Below are positions 1 through 8,150 of a stretch of DNA of 18,154 bases, piece by piece. This DNA is from Candidatus Bruticola sp. Its GTDB lineage: Bacteria; Vulcanimicrobiota; Xenobia; Xenobiales; Xenobiaceae. The notes beneath the pieces are model-generated. The model was given only the letters and a program-made list of their open reading frames with translations. It had not been told where the DNA came from and ran no database searches. The position numbers and the translations under genes are program-made. How positions within the stretch are numbered: position 1 is the first letter of the stretch; each line of letters starts with the position of its first letter. The stretch covers positions 1 through 18,154 of the forward strand of contig JBJEGD010000008.1 in assembly GCA_051874735.1 (NCBI GenBank), in the 5' to 3' direction.

Positions 1-5
1 CACTC

Positions 6-73
6 AACGAAATTGCTTTCGTTTCCAATAATTTCTACTGTTGTCAAAACTTTTTGCGCCGCCTCATCGCGGC
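6..73 (-). promoter_or_regulatory. rRNA-leader-like antitermination elements (boxB-like hairpin, boxA-like motif, GNRA hairpin)
   Basis: Minus strand: hairpin GCCGC-GAUGAG-GCGGC (73-58), then GUUUUGACAAC (50-40) resembling the boxA-like TTTGA(A/C)AAC, then AACGAAA-GCAA-UUUCGUU (23-6) with a GNRA tetraloop. Confidence 0.5.
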
Positions 74-82
74 TTCTCCGAC

Positions 83-111
83 ATACTAGGATATAATTTC
101 TGTTTTGTCAA
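83..111 (-). promoter_or_regulatory. sigma70-type promoter firing leftward off the window (probable rRNA/tRNA operon promoter)
   Basis: Minus strand reads TTGACA (111-106), a 17-nt spacer, then TAGTAT (88-83). An AT-rich tract lies upstream (112-150). Confidence 0.7.
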
Positions 112-319
112 CTACTTTATTCAAAATATTCTATTATTTCTCTGATCATTTCGCATAATTTATAGCAAACTAAATTGGGCAGACTTTTTCATATATATTA
201 TATGTATATACAAAGAAATAAACTCGTCACTAAATTAAAATTACCCCTCATAGGAAGGCCCTTATTACCATTATCACAAAAAAGCATCGATATAATTAAG
301 AAAGTCAGGTAGAATAAAA

Positions 320-1228
320 ATGAATCAAGATAAATTCGTTTTCATATCTACAATGTTAATAACATGTATTTTTATGTGTTTGTTTTTAGTGGCCTGTAAA
401 AAAGAAAAAGCATCAGATCATGCCGAGCTAGACTTTCAATCACTCAATCTGGTACGCAGAGGCACAACTAACGAATCAAATATCTATAACGTTACCAAGA
501 CTGAAAAGGGCCTCTATATGGAAAATTGCCTGCTCTCATCTTACTTCGATCAAGAAAAACAGCAAGAGATTGAGACAAAATATATCTGCAATAGTATGCA
601 AGGTTCAGACGAAACTTATCACCAATTAGCTCAGCTTCTTAATGATTTGAAAATAAAAAAATGGAATGGTTTTAAAGGCTCAAACCCATACGTTCTTGAC
701 GGAGACTCTTTTTCTTTTAAGTGCGTATTGAAAGACGGAACTACAATTACAGCCTGCGGAACTAATGCTCAGCCCCCCAATCTCAACCGTCTGAGTAGCA
801 CCCTTTACGATCTAATAAACCGTCGCTCTGTATCTGAAACTAATTTTTCTGGACATAACTACAGCTGCCTTCTTCCTAAGAATTGGATCGGTCCAATAGA
901 AGCTGTATTCGGACCATACTATATTTCTTTTGTAAGTAAAATTGACGATCGAGATGTAACTTTTCTTACTATAGAAGATACATATTCAGAAATTCAGAGC
1001 ATCAATAAAAACAGCTTAAAAGCAGGAAAACTGGAAGTTCTAGACTGCAACGATATATATATAGGTATAAGAAAAAACCAATATTTAGCTAATTACCTTC
1101 CTAAAATGGATGAATCCCAAAAAGCTATCTACCAAAATTTAGATAACGATATACCTAAAATTATTGACAGCCTAAAAGGAACTAACAATTACAATTTCGT
1201 CAAATATACACCGAATTCAGAATTATAA
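320..1228 (+). CDS. putative lipoprotein, function unknown
   Basis: 302-aa ORF. Hydrophobic N-terminus ends in the lipobox LVA-C followed by KKEK. AGGT lies upstream of the ATG and a strong terminator follows. Confidence 0.75.
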   Translation: MNQDKFVFISTMLITCIFMCLFLVACKKEKASDHAELDFQSLNLVRRGTTNESNIYNVTKTEKGLYMENCLLSSYFDQEKQQEIETKYICNSMQGSDETYHQLAQLLNDLKIKKWNGFKGSNPYVLDGDSFSFKCVLKDGTTITACGTNAQPPNLNRLSSTLYDLINRRSVSETNFSGHNYSCLLPKNWIGPIEAVFGPYYISFVSKIDDRDVTFLTIEDTYSEIQSINKNSLKAGKLEVLDCNDIYIGIRKNQYLANYLPKMDESQKAIYQNLDNDIPKIIDSLKGTNNYNFVKYTPNSEL

Positions 1229-1258
1229 ATTCAATAATATCGGTAAAAACAAATATTC

Positions 1259-1302
1259 AATCTAGCTGCTTTGGAGAATATATTTTCCAAAGCAGCTAGA
1301 TT
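1259..1302. terminator. bidirectional intrinsic terminator
   Basis: Perfect 17-bp inverted repeat AATCTAGCTGCTTTGGA (1259-1275) / TCCAAAGCAGCTAGATT (1286-1302) between convergent genes. Confidence 0.85.
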
Positions 1303-1322
1303 TTGCTTTACTAAAACTTACG

Positions 1323-2609
1323 CTACTTTTGTTTGTCAGATAAAAGCATATTTATAAGTTCTTTATCAGTCTGCATCATGCCAACTCTGCCTATATAACC
1401 TACGGAACTTATAGTGTGATCGGCCTGATCTTGAAGAATGCCGGTATGAGCCGTGTAATTACTTCCACTCATAGCCATATAATGAGACATAATGGCAGCA
1501 TCAAGGCTGGTAGCTATTTTGGCAGCACAGCTTACTTTAGCGCCATCACATAAAATTCCAGGTATATTGGCCATAGTATTATCTATAGTAGCGGCTAGCA
1601 TTTCTAAAGTTCCGCCATTTATATAAGTTAGAGCGGCCCCAGCTGAACACGAAGCAGAAACAGCTCCACAAAAAGCGGAAAGACAGCCTATAAACTTCTT
1701 CTGGTAAACGGTCATTAAATTAGAAAAAACTAAAGCTCTGTAAAGCTTTTCACGAGAGAAATTGTTTTCTCTAGCATAAACAATAACAGGAACTGAAGAC
1801 GTTATACCTTGGTTGCCACTTCCAGAATTAATTACTACAGGCATTTCACATCCGCCCATACGCGCTTCAGAGGCCGCCGCAGTGTAAGCTTTCATGCGAG
1901 AAGCTACACCTTCTGGATAAGACTTTTTAATAACTCTTCCTAAACCAACTCCAAAATTACCTGACATACCTTCATAAGCAATGTCCATATTGCAGTTTAT
2001 CTGCCTATCCAGAAGTTCTTTTACATCATCAATTTTTACTGTATCGGCAAATTCTTTTATATCCGGCAAATTAAGCAGCGATCTATCAGCAGGATCGGCA
2101 GCGCTGTACTCTGCATCATCGTCTTTTTTGAAGATTACTTCCCCATTTTTAATGATACTAACTATATTTGTATGGGAATGACGAATTTCTAGTTTTACAC
2201 TATCCTGCCCTTTAAAACATTCAACGATAATATGCAAAGGTACACTAGATTCCAAGTGCTCAACCTGACACGTTTCAGCCTTTACCTGTTCACGCATAAG
2301 ACGGCGGGCTTCTTCATCGGTGTTTTTTAGCACTTCCATGCCGGCGGCAGCATCACCACCAAATACCCCTAACCAAACGGCAGTCTGAATGCCGACCATG
2401 CCTCCAGAATTAGGAATAACTACACAGCGGACATTTTTGAGCATATTGCCGCTACATTTAGCAGTAATTTGCTCAGGAACATTCCCTAAAACTTCACGAA
2501 CTTTGGCACCGGCAAAAGCTAAAGCTATAGGCTCAGTGCACCCCATAGCCTCAATGAGTTCTTCACGTAAAATTTTTACATATTCGCTGTACACATTGTG
2601 GTCAAGCAT
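1323..2609 (-). CDS. UPF0597 / serine dehydratase alpha-like protein, probable L-cysteine desulfidase (CyuA/YhaM family)
   Basis: Family motifs MGCTEPIALA, ARMGGC.MPV.INSGSGNQG, LSAFCG and GILCDGAK.SCA.K. Start moved to ATG 2609 (MLDHNVY) because GAGGTG lies 7 nt upstream. Confidence 0.85.
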   Translation of the reverse strand: MLDHNVYSEYVKILREELIEAMGCTEPIALAFAGAKVREVLGNVPEQITAKCSGNMLKNVRCVVIPNSGGMVGIQTAVWLGVFGGDAAAGMEVLKNTDEEARRLMREQVKAETCQVEHLESSVPLHIIVECFKGQDSVKLEIRHSHTNIVSIIKNGEVIFKKDDDAEYSAADPADRSLLNLPDIKEFADTVKIDDVKELLDRQINCNMDIAYEGMSGNFGVGLGRVIKKSYPEGVASRMKAYTAAASEARMGGCEMPVVINSGSGNQGITSSVPVIVYARENNFSREKLYRALVFSNLMTVYQKKFIGCLSAFCGAVSASCSAGAALTYINGGTLEMLAATIDNTMANIPGILCDGAKVSCAAKIATSLDAAIMSHYMAMSGSNYTAHTGILQDQADHTISSVGYIGRVGMMQTDKELINMLLSDKQK

Positions 2610-2881
2610 ATACCGACACCTCAACTTTTTTATCCTTGCTTTCTGGTTCTTAAATTGCAGTCCCTCCCCCTAAAAATTACTCTAACAAAGACAGAAAAAT
2701 ATTTTATTTTTATTTGAGAATAAAGCTAAATTTCGGAATTAAGTTTTCATGCAAGCGGTAGGAGGAAAGTTTACAAATAGAAGTATCTTGACGAACAAGA
2801 TAGCAATTTAGTTGCAGCTTGTCAGCCCCAATTTATAGGAAAATTTATATACCAGTAGCAGAATATATTAAGGAATACAAA

Positions 2882-3379
2882 ATGATTAAACTAGAAACAG
2901 ACAGATTATTGATTGAGCCTATGAGTTTAGAAGAACTAGCCAAGTTAGTCGTTATCTACAACAAAATAGTGCCAGAACTTAGTCAAGCTTATCAAGAAAT
3001 GCTCCACGGATGTGAACAGCATTACAGCAACTATCTTTGGTATACTTCATGGAAAATGTGCCTTCGCTCTGACGGTCAAAAAGTTGGCGACGGCGGATTT
3101 AAAGGACCGGCTCAAAACGGCTTAGTGGAAATAGGTTACGGTATAAACGATAGCTTTCAAGGTCAAGGATACGCCTCTGAAGGGGCTAAAGCTCTTTGTA
3201 CTTGGGCTTTAAATCAAGAAGGGGTGCGGGCTGTTGAGGCAGAGACAGCTCCAGATAATCGAGCTTCTATGCGCGTGTTGCAAAAGATAGGCTTTGTAGC
3301 TACTGGAAAAAATGGAGCGGAAGGACCACGCTTTATTTTGTTTTCCCATTCCCATGACAGGCAAAGTGAGCGAAGCTGA
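2882..3379 (+). CDS. GNAT family N-acetyltransferase (RimJ/RimL-like)
   Basis: LETDRLLI, VEIGYGI, acetyl-CoA motif QGQGYASE and N.AS.RVLQKIGF. ATG 2882 has AAGGA upstream and is preferred over TTG 2819. Confidence 0.85.
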   Translation: MIKLETDRLLIEPMSLEELAKLVVIYNKIVPELSQAYQEMLHGCEQHYSNYLWYTSWKMCLRSDGQKVGDGGFKGPAQNGLVEIGYGINDSFQGQGYASEGAKALCTWALNQEGVRAVEAETAPDNRASMRVLQKIGFVATGKNGAEGPRFILFSHSHDRQSERS

Positions 3380-3425
3380 TTGAGTGATTCGCCAATAAGC
3401 TATCACAACATAATTAATATGAAGA

Positions 3426-4037
3426 TTATTTCTGCTGCAAAGCGTCTAACAGCTCTTTTAAATTTTTGATACGCTTCAGACGCCAAACACCATTTTCATT
3501 CTGCATTTCCAACTGCATAATTAATTCACGGGAGAAGCCGACAGGGTATAACTTAACTCCAACTAAAGCAACTTTATTCTCAACTACGGTGTACTCCACG
3601 ATAGCAGCGCCGAATCCTAAACTATCGAAAAAAGTAAAATCTATATTTTTAATACCTGATCGCTCAGCGAGCTCACTGTCGTCCTTCCCCGTTACGTAAC
3701 GCTTAATGCGCTCTTCAGCCGCTTTAACGGCCTCATCTTTCACCAAATTAGCAGCCTCTTTGATAAATTTTTGTCCCTTTACCAAAGACAATAGGTTATT
3801 TTTACCTAACTGCTGTTCAATTAAAGAATCGGCAGCATCATTGTAGGCGTCACTCAACAGACTATTCAGATCGACTCTAGCCTCAAAAGATGGCCAATCG
3901 TGGTTTACGATAGCGGTTTTAACTAAAGTTAAAGAATAAATGGGGGTATTTTTCCAATAGCCATAATAAAAAACTGCCAAAAGAATAATTAATGCAGCAG
4001 CAATGAAACCAGATGTAACTAAAACTTTTTTCTTCAT
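3426..4037 (-). CDS. single-pass membrane protein, DUF2939-like
   Basis: N-terminal KKK plus a transmembrane helix, then TP.YSL...K.AI..HD...F...VD..SL. C-terminal GVWRL..I.N. Confidence 0.65.
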   Translation of the reverse strand: MKKKVLVTSGFIAAALIILLAVFYYGYWKNTPIYSLTLVKTAIVNHDWPSFEARVDLNSLLSDAYNDAADSLIEQQLGKNNLLSLVKGQKFIKEAANLVKDEAVKAAEERIKRYVTGKDDSELAERSGIKNIDFTFFDSLGFGAAIVEYTVVENKVALVGVKLYPVGFSRELIMQLEMQNENGVWRLKRIKNLKELLDALQQK

Positions 4038-4067
4038 AGTTTCTTCAATACCTAAAAAATAATTAAT

Positions 4068-4105
4068 GCAGACCAGACTAAATAAAAAAATATCAGCTGG
4101 TCTGC
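4068..4105 (-). terminator. putative intrinsic terminator of the aminotransferase gene
   Basis: Inverted repeat GCAGACCAG (4068-4076) / CTGGTCTGC (4097-4105), followed on the minus strand by an AU-rich run. Confidence 0.6.
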
Positions 4106-4124
4106 GCCTATAAAGTAATTAAAA

Positions 4125-5327
4125 TTAGGAATTTCTTACGGCTTCCATTTCTTCTCTAATAGAATCGCACAGAACTCTAACTCCGTGACGAATAGTTTCA
4201 GGGGGTAAATTAGAAAAATTAAAACGAGCCATATTCGGTTTATGAGTAACTGGATAAAAAGAATCGCCAGGAACCATAGCTACGTGATGTGTAAGACATC
4301 TTTGCAAAAGTTTTTTAGCCTTAATCTCTGGAGGCAGTTCAATCCAGACAAACATGCCGCCACGCGGCCTGGTGAAGCGTACTCCTTCGGGAGCCGAAAC
4401 CTCCAATTCACTAACCATGGCGTCGCGCCGCTCTTTGTAAATGCCCCTTAAAAGTGCAAGCCGCTCGTTAAAATCGTGACTAATAAGGTAACGATAAATA
4501 AGCATTTGATTGAAAAGAGGAGTATGTAAATCGGTAGCCTGTTTTAAAATAACCAACTTGCGAGTAAGCTCTTTAGAAGCGGTAATCCAGGCCACACGCA
4601 GACCTGGGCAAAGAACTTTAGAGAAACTTCCTAAACTGACTACCAATCCCTTAGTATCGAAGCGGGATAGAGAACAATGCTCAAAATCTTCAAAATTAAT
4701 TTCATAATAAGCATTATCCTCTACTACTGGAATCTCATATTCAGTCATGAGTTCCATGAATTTGCGCCTTCTCTCCATACTCCAAGTACGTCCGGACGGA
4801 TTCTGGAAATTGGTAATTACGTAGATAAATTTAGGTCGACGCGTCTTGAGTTTGCTCACTAGATCTTCGATTATGATCCCATCGTCATCGCATTCTATCT
4901 CTTCAAATTTAGCTCCGCAAACTCGAAAAGCAGATAAAGCCGCCATATAGGTTGGAGCCTCAGCCCAAACGATATCGTCTTGATCAATGAACAGTTTAGA
5001 AACTAAATCGAGTCCCGATTGAGAACCACTAGTGATAAGGATATTATCTAGCCCTTCAATATGCATACCCCAATAATCGTTAAGTCGGTTTATAATCCAC
5101 TGACGCAGCGGAGTATACCCTTCGGTGGTGGCATACTGCAAGGCGCGCACCCCTTCCTCATGAAGAACAGCAGAAGCAAGTGTAGATAACTCCTCATAAG
5201 GAAATAACTCAGGAGCGGGAAGACCACCGGCAAACGACAAAATCTCGGGACGCTCAGTTACTTTAAGTATTTCTCGAACTTCCGAGGCAGCTATAAAGTT
5301 CATACGGTTGGCTAAATTATATGTCAT
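4125..5327 (-). CDS. PLP-dependent aminotransferase class I/II (LysN/ARO8, 2-aminoadipate/aromatic type)
   Basis: SFAGGLPAPELFP, ITSGSQ, NFQNPSG, EDNAY, PLP-lysine motif GSFSKVLCPGLRVAW and PRGGMFVW. No HTH domain, so not a MocR regulator. Shine-Dalgarno GGAGG. Confidence 0.9.
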   Translation of the reverse strand: MTYNLANRMNFIAASEVREILKVTERPEILSFAGGLPAPELFPYEELSTLASAVLHEEGVRALQYATTEGYTPLRQWIINRLNDYWGMHIEGLDNILITSGSQSGLDLVSKLFIDQDDIVWAEAPTYMAALSAFRVCGAKFEEIECDDDGIIIEDLVSKLKTRRPKFIYVITNFQNPSGRTWSMERRRKFMELMTEYEIPVVEDNAYYEINFEDFEHCSLSRFDTKGLVVSLGSFSKVLCPGLRVAWITASKELTRKLVILKQATDLHTPLFNQMLIYRYLISHDFNERLALLRGIYKERRDAMVSELEVSAPEGVRFTRPRGGMFVWIELPPEIKAKKLLQRCLTHHVAMVPGDSFYPVTHKPNMARFNFSNLPPETIRHGVRVLCDSIREEMEAVRNS

Positions 5328-5336
5328 AAAAAATTA

Positions 5337-5419
5337 AGACCTCCAAAAGTTCTGCCGAAATTACGCAGACGACACATTAAATACGCCTACATAATTTCTG
5401 CTAGTAACTTCGGAAGTCT
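5337..5419 (-). promoter_or_regulatory. long RNA hairpin sequestering the aminotransferase Shine-Dalgarno
   Basis: On the mRNA, AGACUUCC (5419-5412) pairs with GGAGGUCU (5344-5337). Inner stem GAAAUUAUGUAGGCG (5398-5384) / CGUCUGCGUAAUUUC (5371-5357) gives 15 contiguous pairs, 3 of them G-U. Confidence 0.6.
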
Positions 5420-5454
5420 CACTTCTATTTCTTGCTTATTTTGCGGCAGAAGCC

Positions 5455-7542
5455 TTATTTAAGCTCGTGATTAAAGATTACCTTGGCCCGATCGCCATCG
5501 GGCACTTCTTCGTTGTTTTCATCCGAAGAAACATTGGCGACAGCAACGGCAGGAGCAACTTCTTCCTTCATATTTTCTAAAGAGCTGGAAATAGCGCCTT
5601 CATCTTCTTGACGCACTTGGGCAGTATAGAACATACAGGATAAAGGAGCTAAAGTGAGCTCTAAGGACAACTGATGGGAACCAAAAGGCACCGGCTGAGC
5701 ATTCAACTCGCTGAGCACCTTATATCCGCTGCCTCCGTATTGAGGATCGTCGGAGTTTAATTCCAATTTCCAGCTGCCTTCTACTTCGATAGGCAACCCG
5801 ATCCTGTATCCTTGACGAGGTACAGGAGTGAAATTGCAGACGACCATAACTATGCTGCCCCGCCCCAAAGGATAGCGGACAAAAACAGCCACACTATTCA
5901 TAGGATCGTTACACTGCAACCAAGTGAACCCACCAGGTCGATCGTCGAGTTCCCACAGTTCAGGGTGTTCTTTGTAAAAATGATTTACAGCTGCGCACCA
6001 ATCCTGGATTTGCTGATGAGGCTTCTCATCGAGAAGATGCCAATCCAAAGATTGATTAAAATTCCACTCATTCCACTGAGCGAACTCATTACCCATAAAG
6101 TTAAGCTTTTTACCAGGGTAACCAATCATGTATCCGTACAAAGCGCGCAGGTTGGCATAACTCTGCCATTCGTCGCCTGGCATTTTGTTCAGCATCGAGC
6201 GTTTGCCGTAAACCACCTCATCGTGAGAGAAAGGCAAAATAAAATCTTCGCTATACTGATAGAGCATACCAAAAGTCAATTTATTATAATTGTACTTGCG
6301 GTAAATCGGATCTTTAGAAATGAAATCGAGAGTATCGTGCATCCAGCCCATATTCCACTTAAAAGTGAACCCTAAGCCTCCCTCATCGACAGGTCCAGTA
6401 ACATGGGCCCATGAGGTCGACTCTTCGGCACAGGTGAAACATCCGGGACACTCTTTGGCTACAGCGCTGTTAAAATCGCGGAGGAAAGATACAGCTTCAA
6501 GGTTTTCATGACCGCCGTATTTGTTAGGGATCCAGTTGCCGTCTCCCTGTTTGCCGTAATCTAAATAAAGCATAGAAGCCACGGCGTCGACGCGTATACC
6601 GTCAACATGGTAACACTCCAACCAAAACAAGCCGGACGAAATAAGGAAGTTGCGCACTTCGTTACGCCCGTAATTAAAAATGTAAGTATTCCACTCTGGA
6701 TGGCAACCCTGACGAGGATCCTCGTGCTCGTACAGACAGCTTCCGTCGAAACGAGCCAAACTGAAAGCATCCTTGGGGAAATGGGCGGGCACCCAATCTA
6801 AAATAACGCCTATGCCGTTGCAATGCAACTTATCAATAAGATACATAAGCTGTTCGGGAGTGCCGAAGCGACTGGTGGGAGCGAAATAACCAGTAGATTG
6901 ATATCCCCAAGAGGCGTCGTATGGATACTCAGTGAGCGGCATAAACTCTACATGAGTGTAACCCATCTCTTTAAGGTATGGTACTAAATAATCGGCTATT
7001 TCTTGATAATTCAAGTAAGATACGCCGTTCTTTCGTCTCCAAGATCCTAAATTGCATTCGTAAATGTTCATAGGCTGACGGCGTATATCGTTAGAAGCCC
7101 TCTTGGCCATCCACTCGCTGTCTTGCCATTTATATTTAGCTATTTCCCAAACCACAGAAGCTTTCCCCCAGTCGCTTCCTTCGCGCCGCGGCTCTGTGGC
7201 GAAAGCATAAGGATCAGCTTTCTCTAAAATAACATCTTGATGAGGTTTAATAGCGTATTTATAACAATCGCCCTCTTTTAAACCAGGGATAAAACCTTGC
7301 CAAACTCCAGTAGCACTGCACAAAATGAGAGGATTTACGTCTGGAGTCCATTTATTCAAATCGCAGATAACCGAAACCCGCTCAGCGTTAGGAGCCCAAA
7401 CGGCAAAATGGACACCGCTCTGTCCTCCGTAGGTAGCCAGATGAGCTCCCATGCGAATATACGCCTTGTGATGGGCAGCTTTGCACCATAAGTAACGATC
7501 ATAGGACGTCATGACTGGCAATTTCTCATGAGCTTTATCCAT
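5455..7542 (-). CDS. glgB: 1,4-alpha-glucan branching enzyme (GH13)
   Basis: FAVWAPNA, KADPYAF, SWGYQ, DWVPAHFP and the catalytic motifs RVDAVASM, AEEST and SHDEVV. Shine-Dalgarno AGGAG upstream. Confidence 0.97.
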   Translation of the reverse strand: MDKAHEKLPVMTSYDRYLWCKAAHHKAYIRMGAHLATYGGQSGVHFAVWAPNAERVSVICDLNKWTPDVNPLILCSATGVWQGFIPGLKEGDCYKYAIKPHQDVILEKADPYAFATEPRREGSDWGKASVVWEIAKYKWQDSEWMAKRASNDIRRQPMNIYECNLGSWRRKNGVSYLNYQEIADYLVPYLKEMGYTHVEFMPLTEYPYDASWGYQSTGYFAPTSRFGTPEQLMYLIDKLHCNGIGVILDWVPAHFPKDAFSLARFDGSCLYEHEDPRQGCHPEWNTYIFNYGRNEVRNFLISSGLFWLECYHVDGIRVDAVASMLYLDYGKQGDGNWIPNKYGGHENLEAVSFLRDFNSAVAKECPGCFTCAEESTSWAHVTGPVDEGGLGFTFKWNMGWMHDTLDFISKDPIYRKYNYNKLTFGMLYQYSEDFILPFSHDEVVYGKRSMLNKMPGDEWQSYANLRALYGYMIGYPGKKLNFMGNEFAQWNEWNFNQSLDWHLLDEKPHQQIQDWCAAVNHFYKEHPELWELDDRPGGFTWLQCNDPMNSVAVFVRYPLGRGSIVMVVCNFTPVPRQGYRIGLPIEVEGSWKLELNSDDPQYGGSGYKVLSELNAQPVPFGSHQLSLELTLAPLSCMFYTAQVRQEDEGAISSSLENMKEEVAPAVAVANVSSDENNEEVPDGDRAKVIFNHELK

Positions 7543-8090
7543 ATTTCACAACTCCTAATAAAACAATTCTCATACATTTACAATGTAAAAAAACAACAAA
7601 AACAGCGCTTGGCAATAGCCTCAGCAGCCTTAGCCTGGATAACCCCGAACTACACTGCAAACGCGTCATAAAATTAAACTAACAAAAAAATTTTCTTTTG
7701 TTACAGATAAAACAACACTTGCAAATAAAAACAGCCTACACAAAATGGCATTCAGAAGCTGTTGTATCCTGTTGCTATCAGCGAAAGACCGTGGCTCTCA
7801 TGAAGAACTAGAGTGATCTCTCTGTTATCATACGACAAAAAGGCGTTAAATAACACCTAAAAACGAGTTGTTGAAAACCAAAGAAAGCCAATTATTTTGG
7901 CAAAAAATGGACTTCTCCCGTAAGAAGTTGCCATTGTATGCATATATTAAAATATTTAAGATAACTACATATAGCATCACAAAAAAACAACTCTTCTCAG
8001 ATAACAACCCAAAACACAAAAAAAAACTTTAAGCGCCTTCCAGACATGATAAGCAGCTGATTACCTATCAATACAAAACTGTCTACGCGC

Positions 8091-8140
8091 AAAAAAGGTC
8101 CAGCTGCTTTATTATATTAAAACAACAAAACAGCTGAACC
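8091..8140 (-). terminator. intrinsic terminator of the orphan hsdS
   Basis: Minus strand: GGUUCAGCUGUUUUGUUGU / AUAAUAAAGCAGCUGGACC stem (19 pairs including G-U) followed by UUUUUU, 10 nt after the stop codon. Confidence 0.8.
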
Positions 8141-8150
8141 GAGCAGCTAC

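Noticed and set aside
190-210. AT dinucleotide run as a phase-variable repeat
   Set aside because: Short and interrupted, and expected in an AT-rich promoter region.
1323-5327. Cysteine desulfidase and aminotransferase as dedicated Cys/Tyr suppliers for HydG
   Set aside because: Chemically plausible, but the genes are 8-12 kb away, on the opposite strand and in separate transcription units. Nothing in the sequence links them.
5812-6375. 187-aa antisense ORF in glgB and the other short overlapping ORFs in the track (for example 1981, 2389, 3209, 9865, 12824, 15986, 16961)
   Set aside because: They lie within well-supported genes on the opposite strand or in another frame and show no recognisable motifs, so they are shadow ORFs.
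7656-7669. cre/LacI-like site TGCAAACGCGTCAT upstream of glgB
   Set aside because: Only the left half matches, and the right half lacks the correctly spaced CA.
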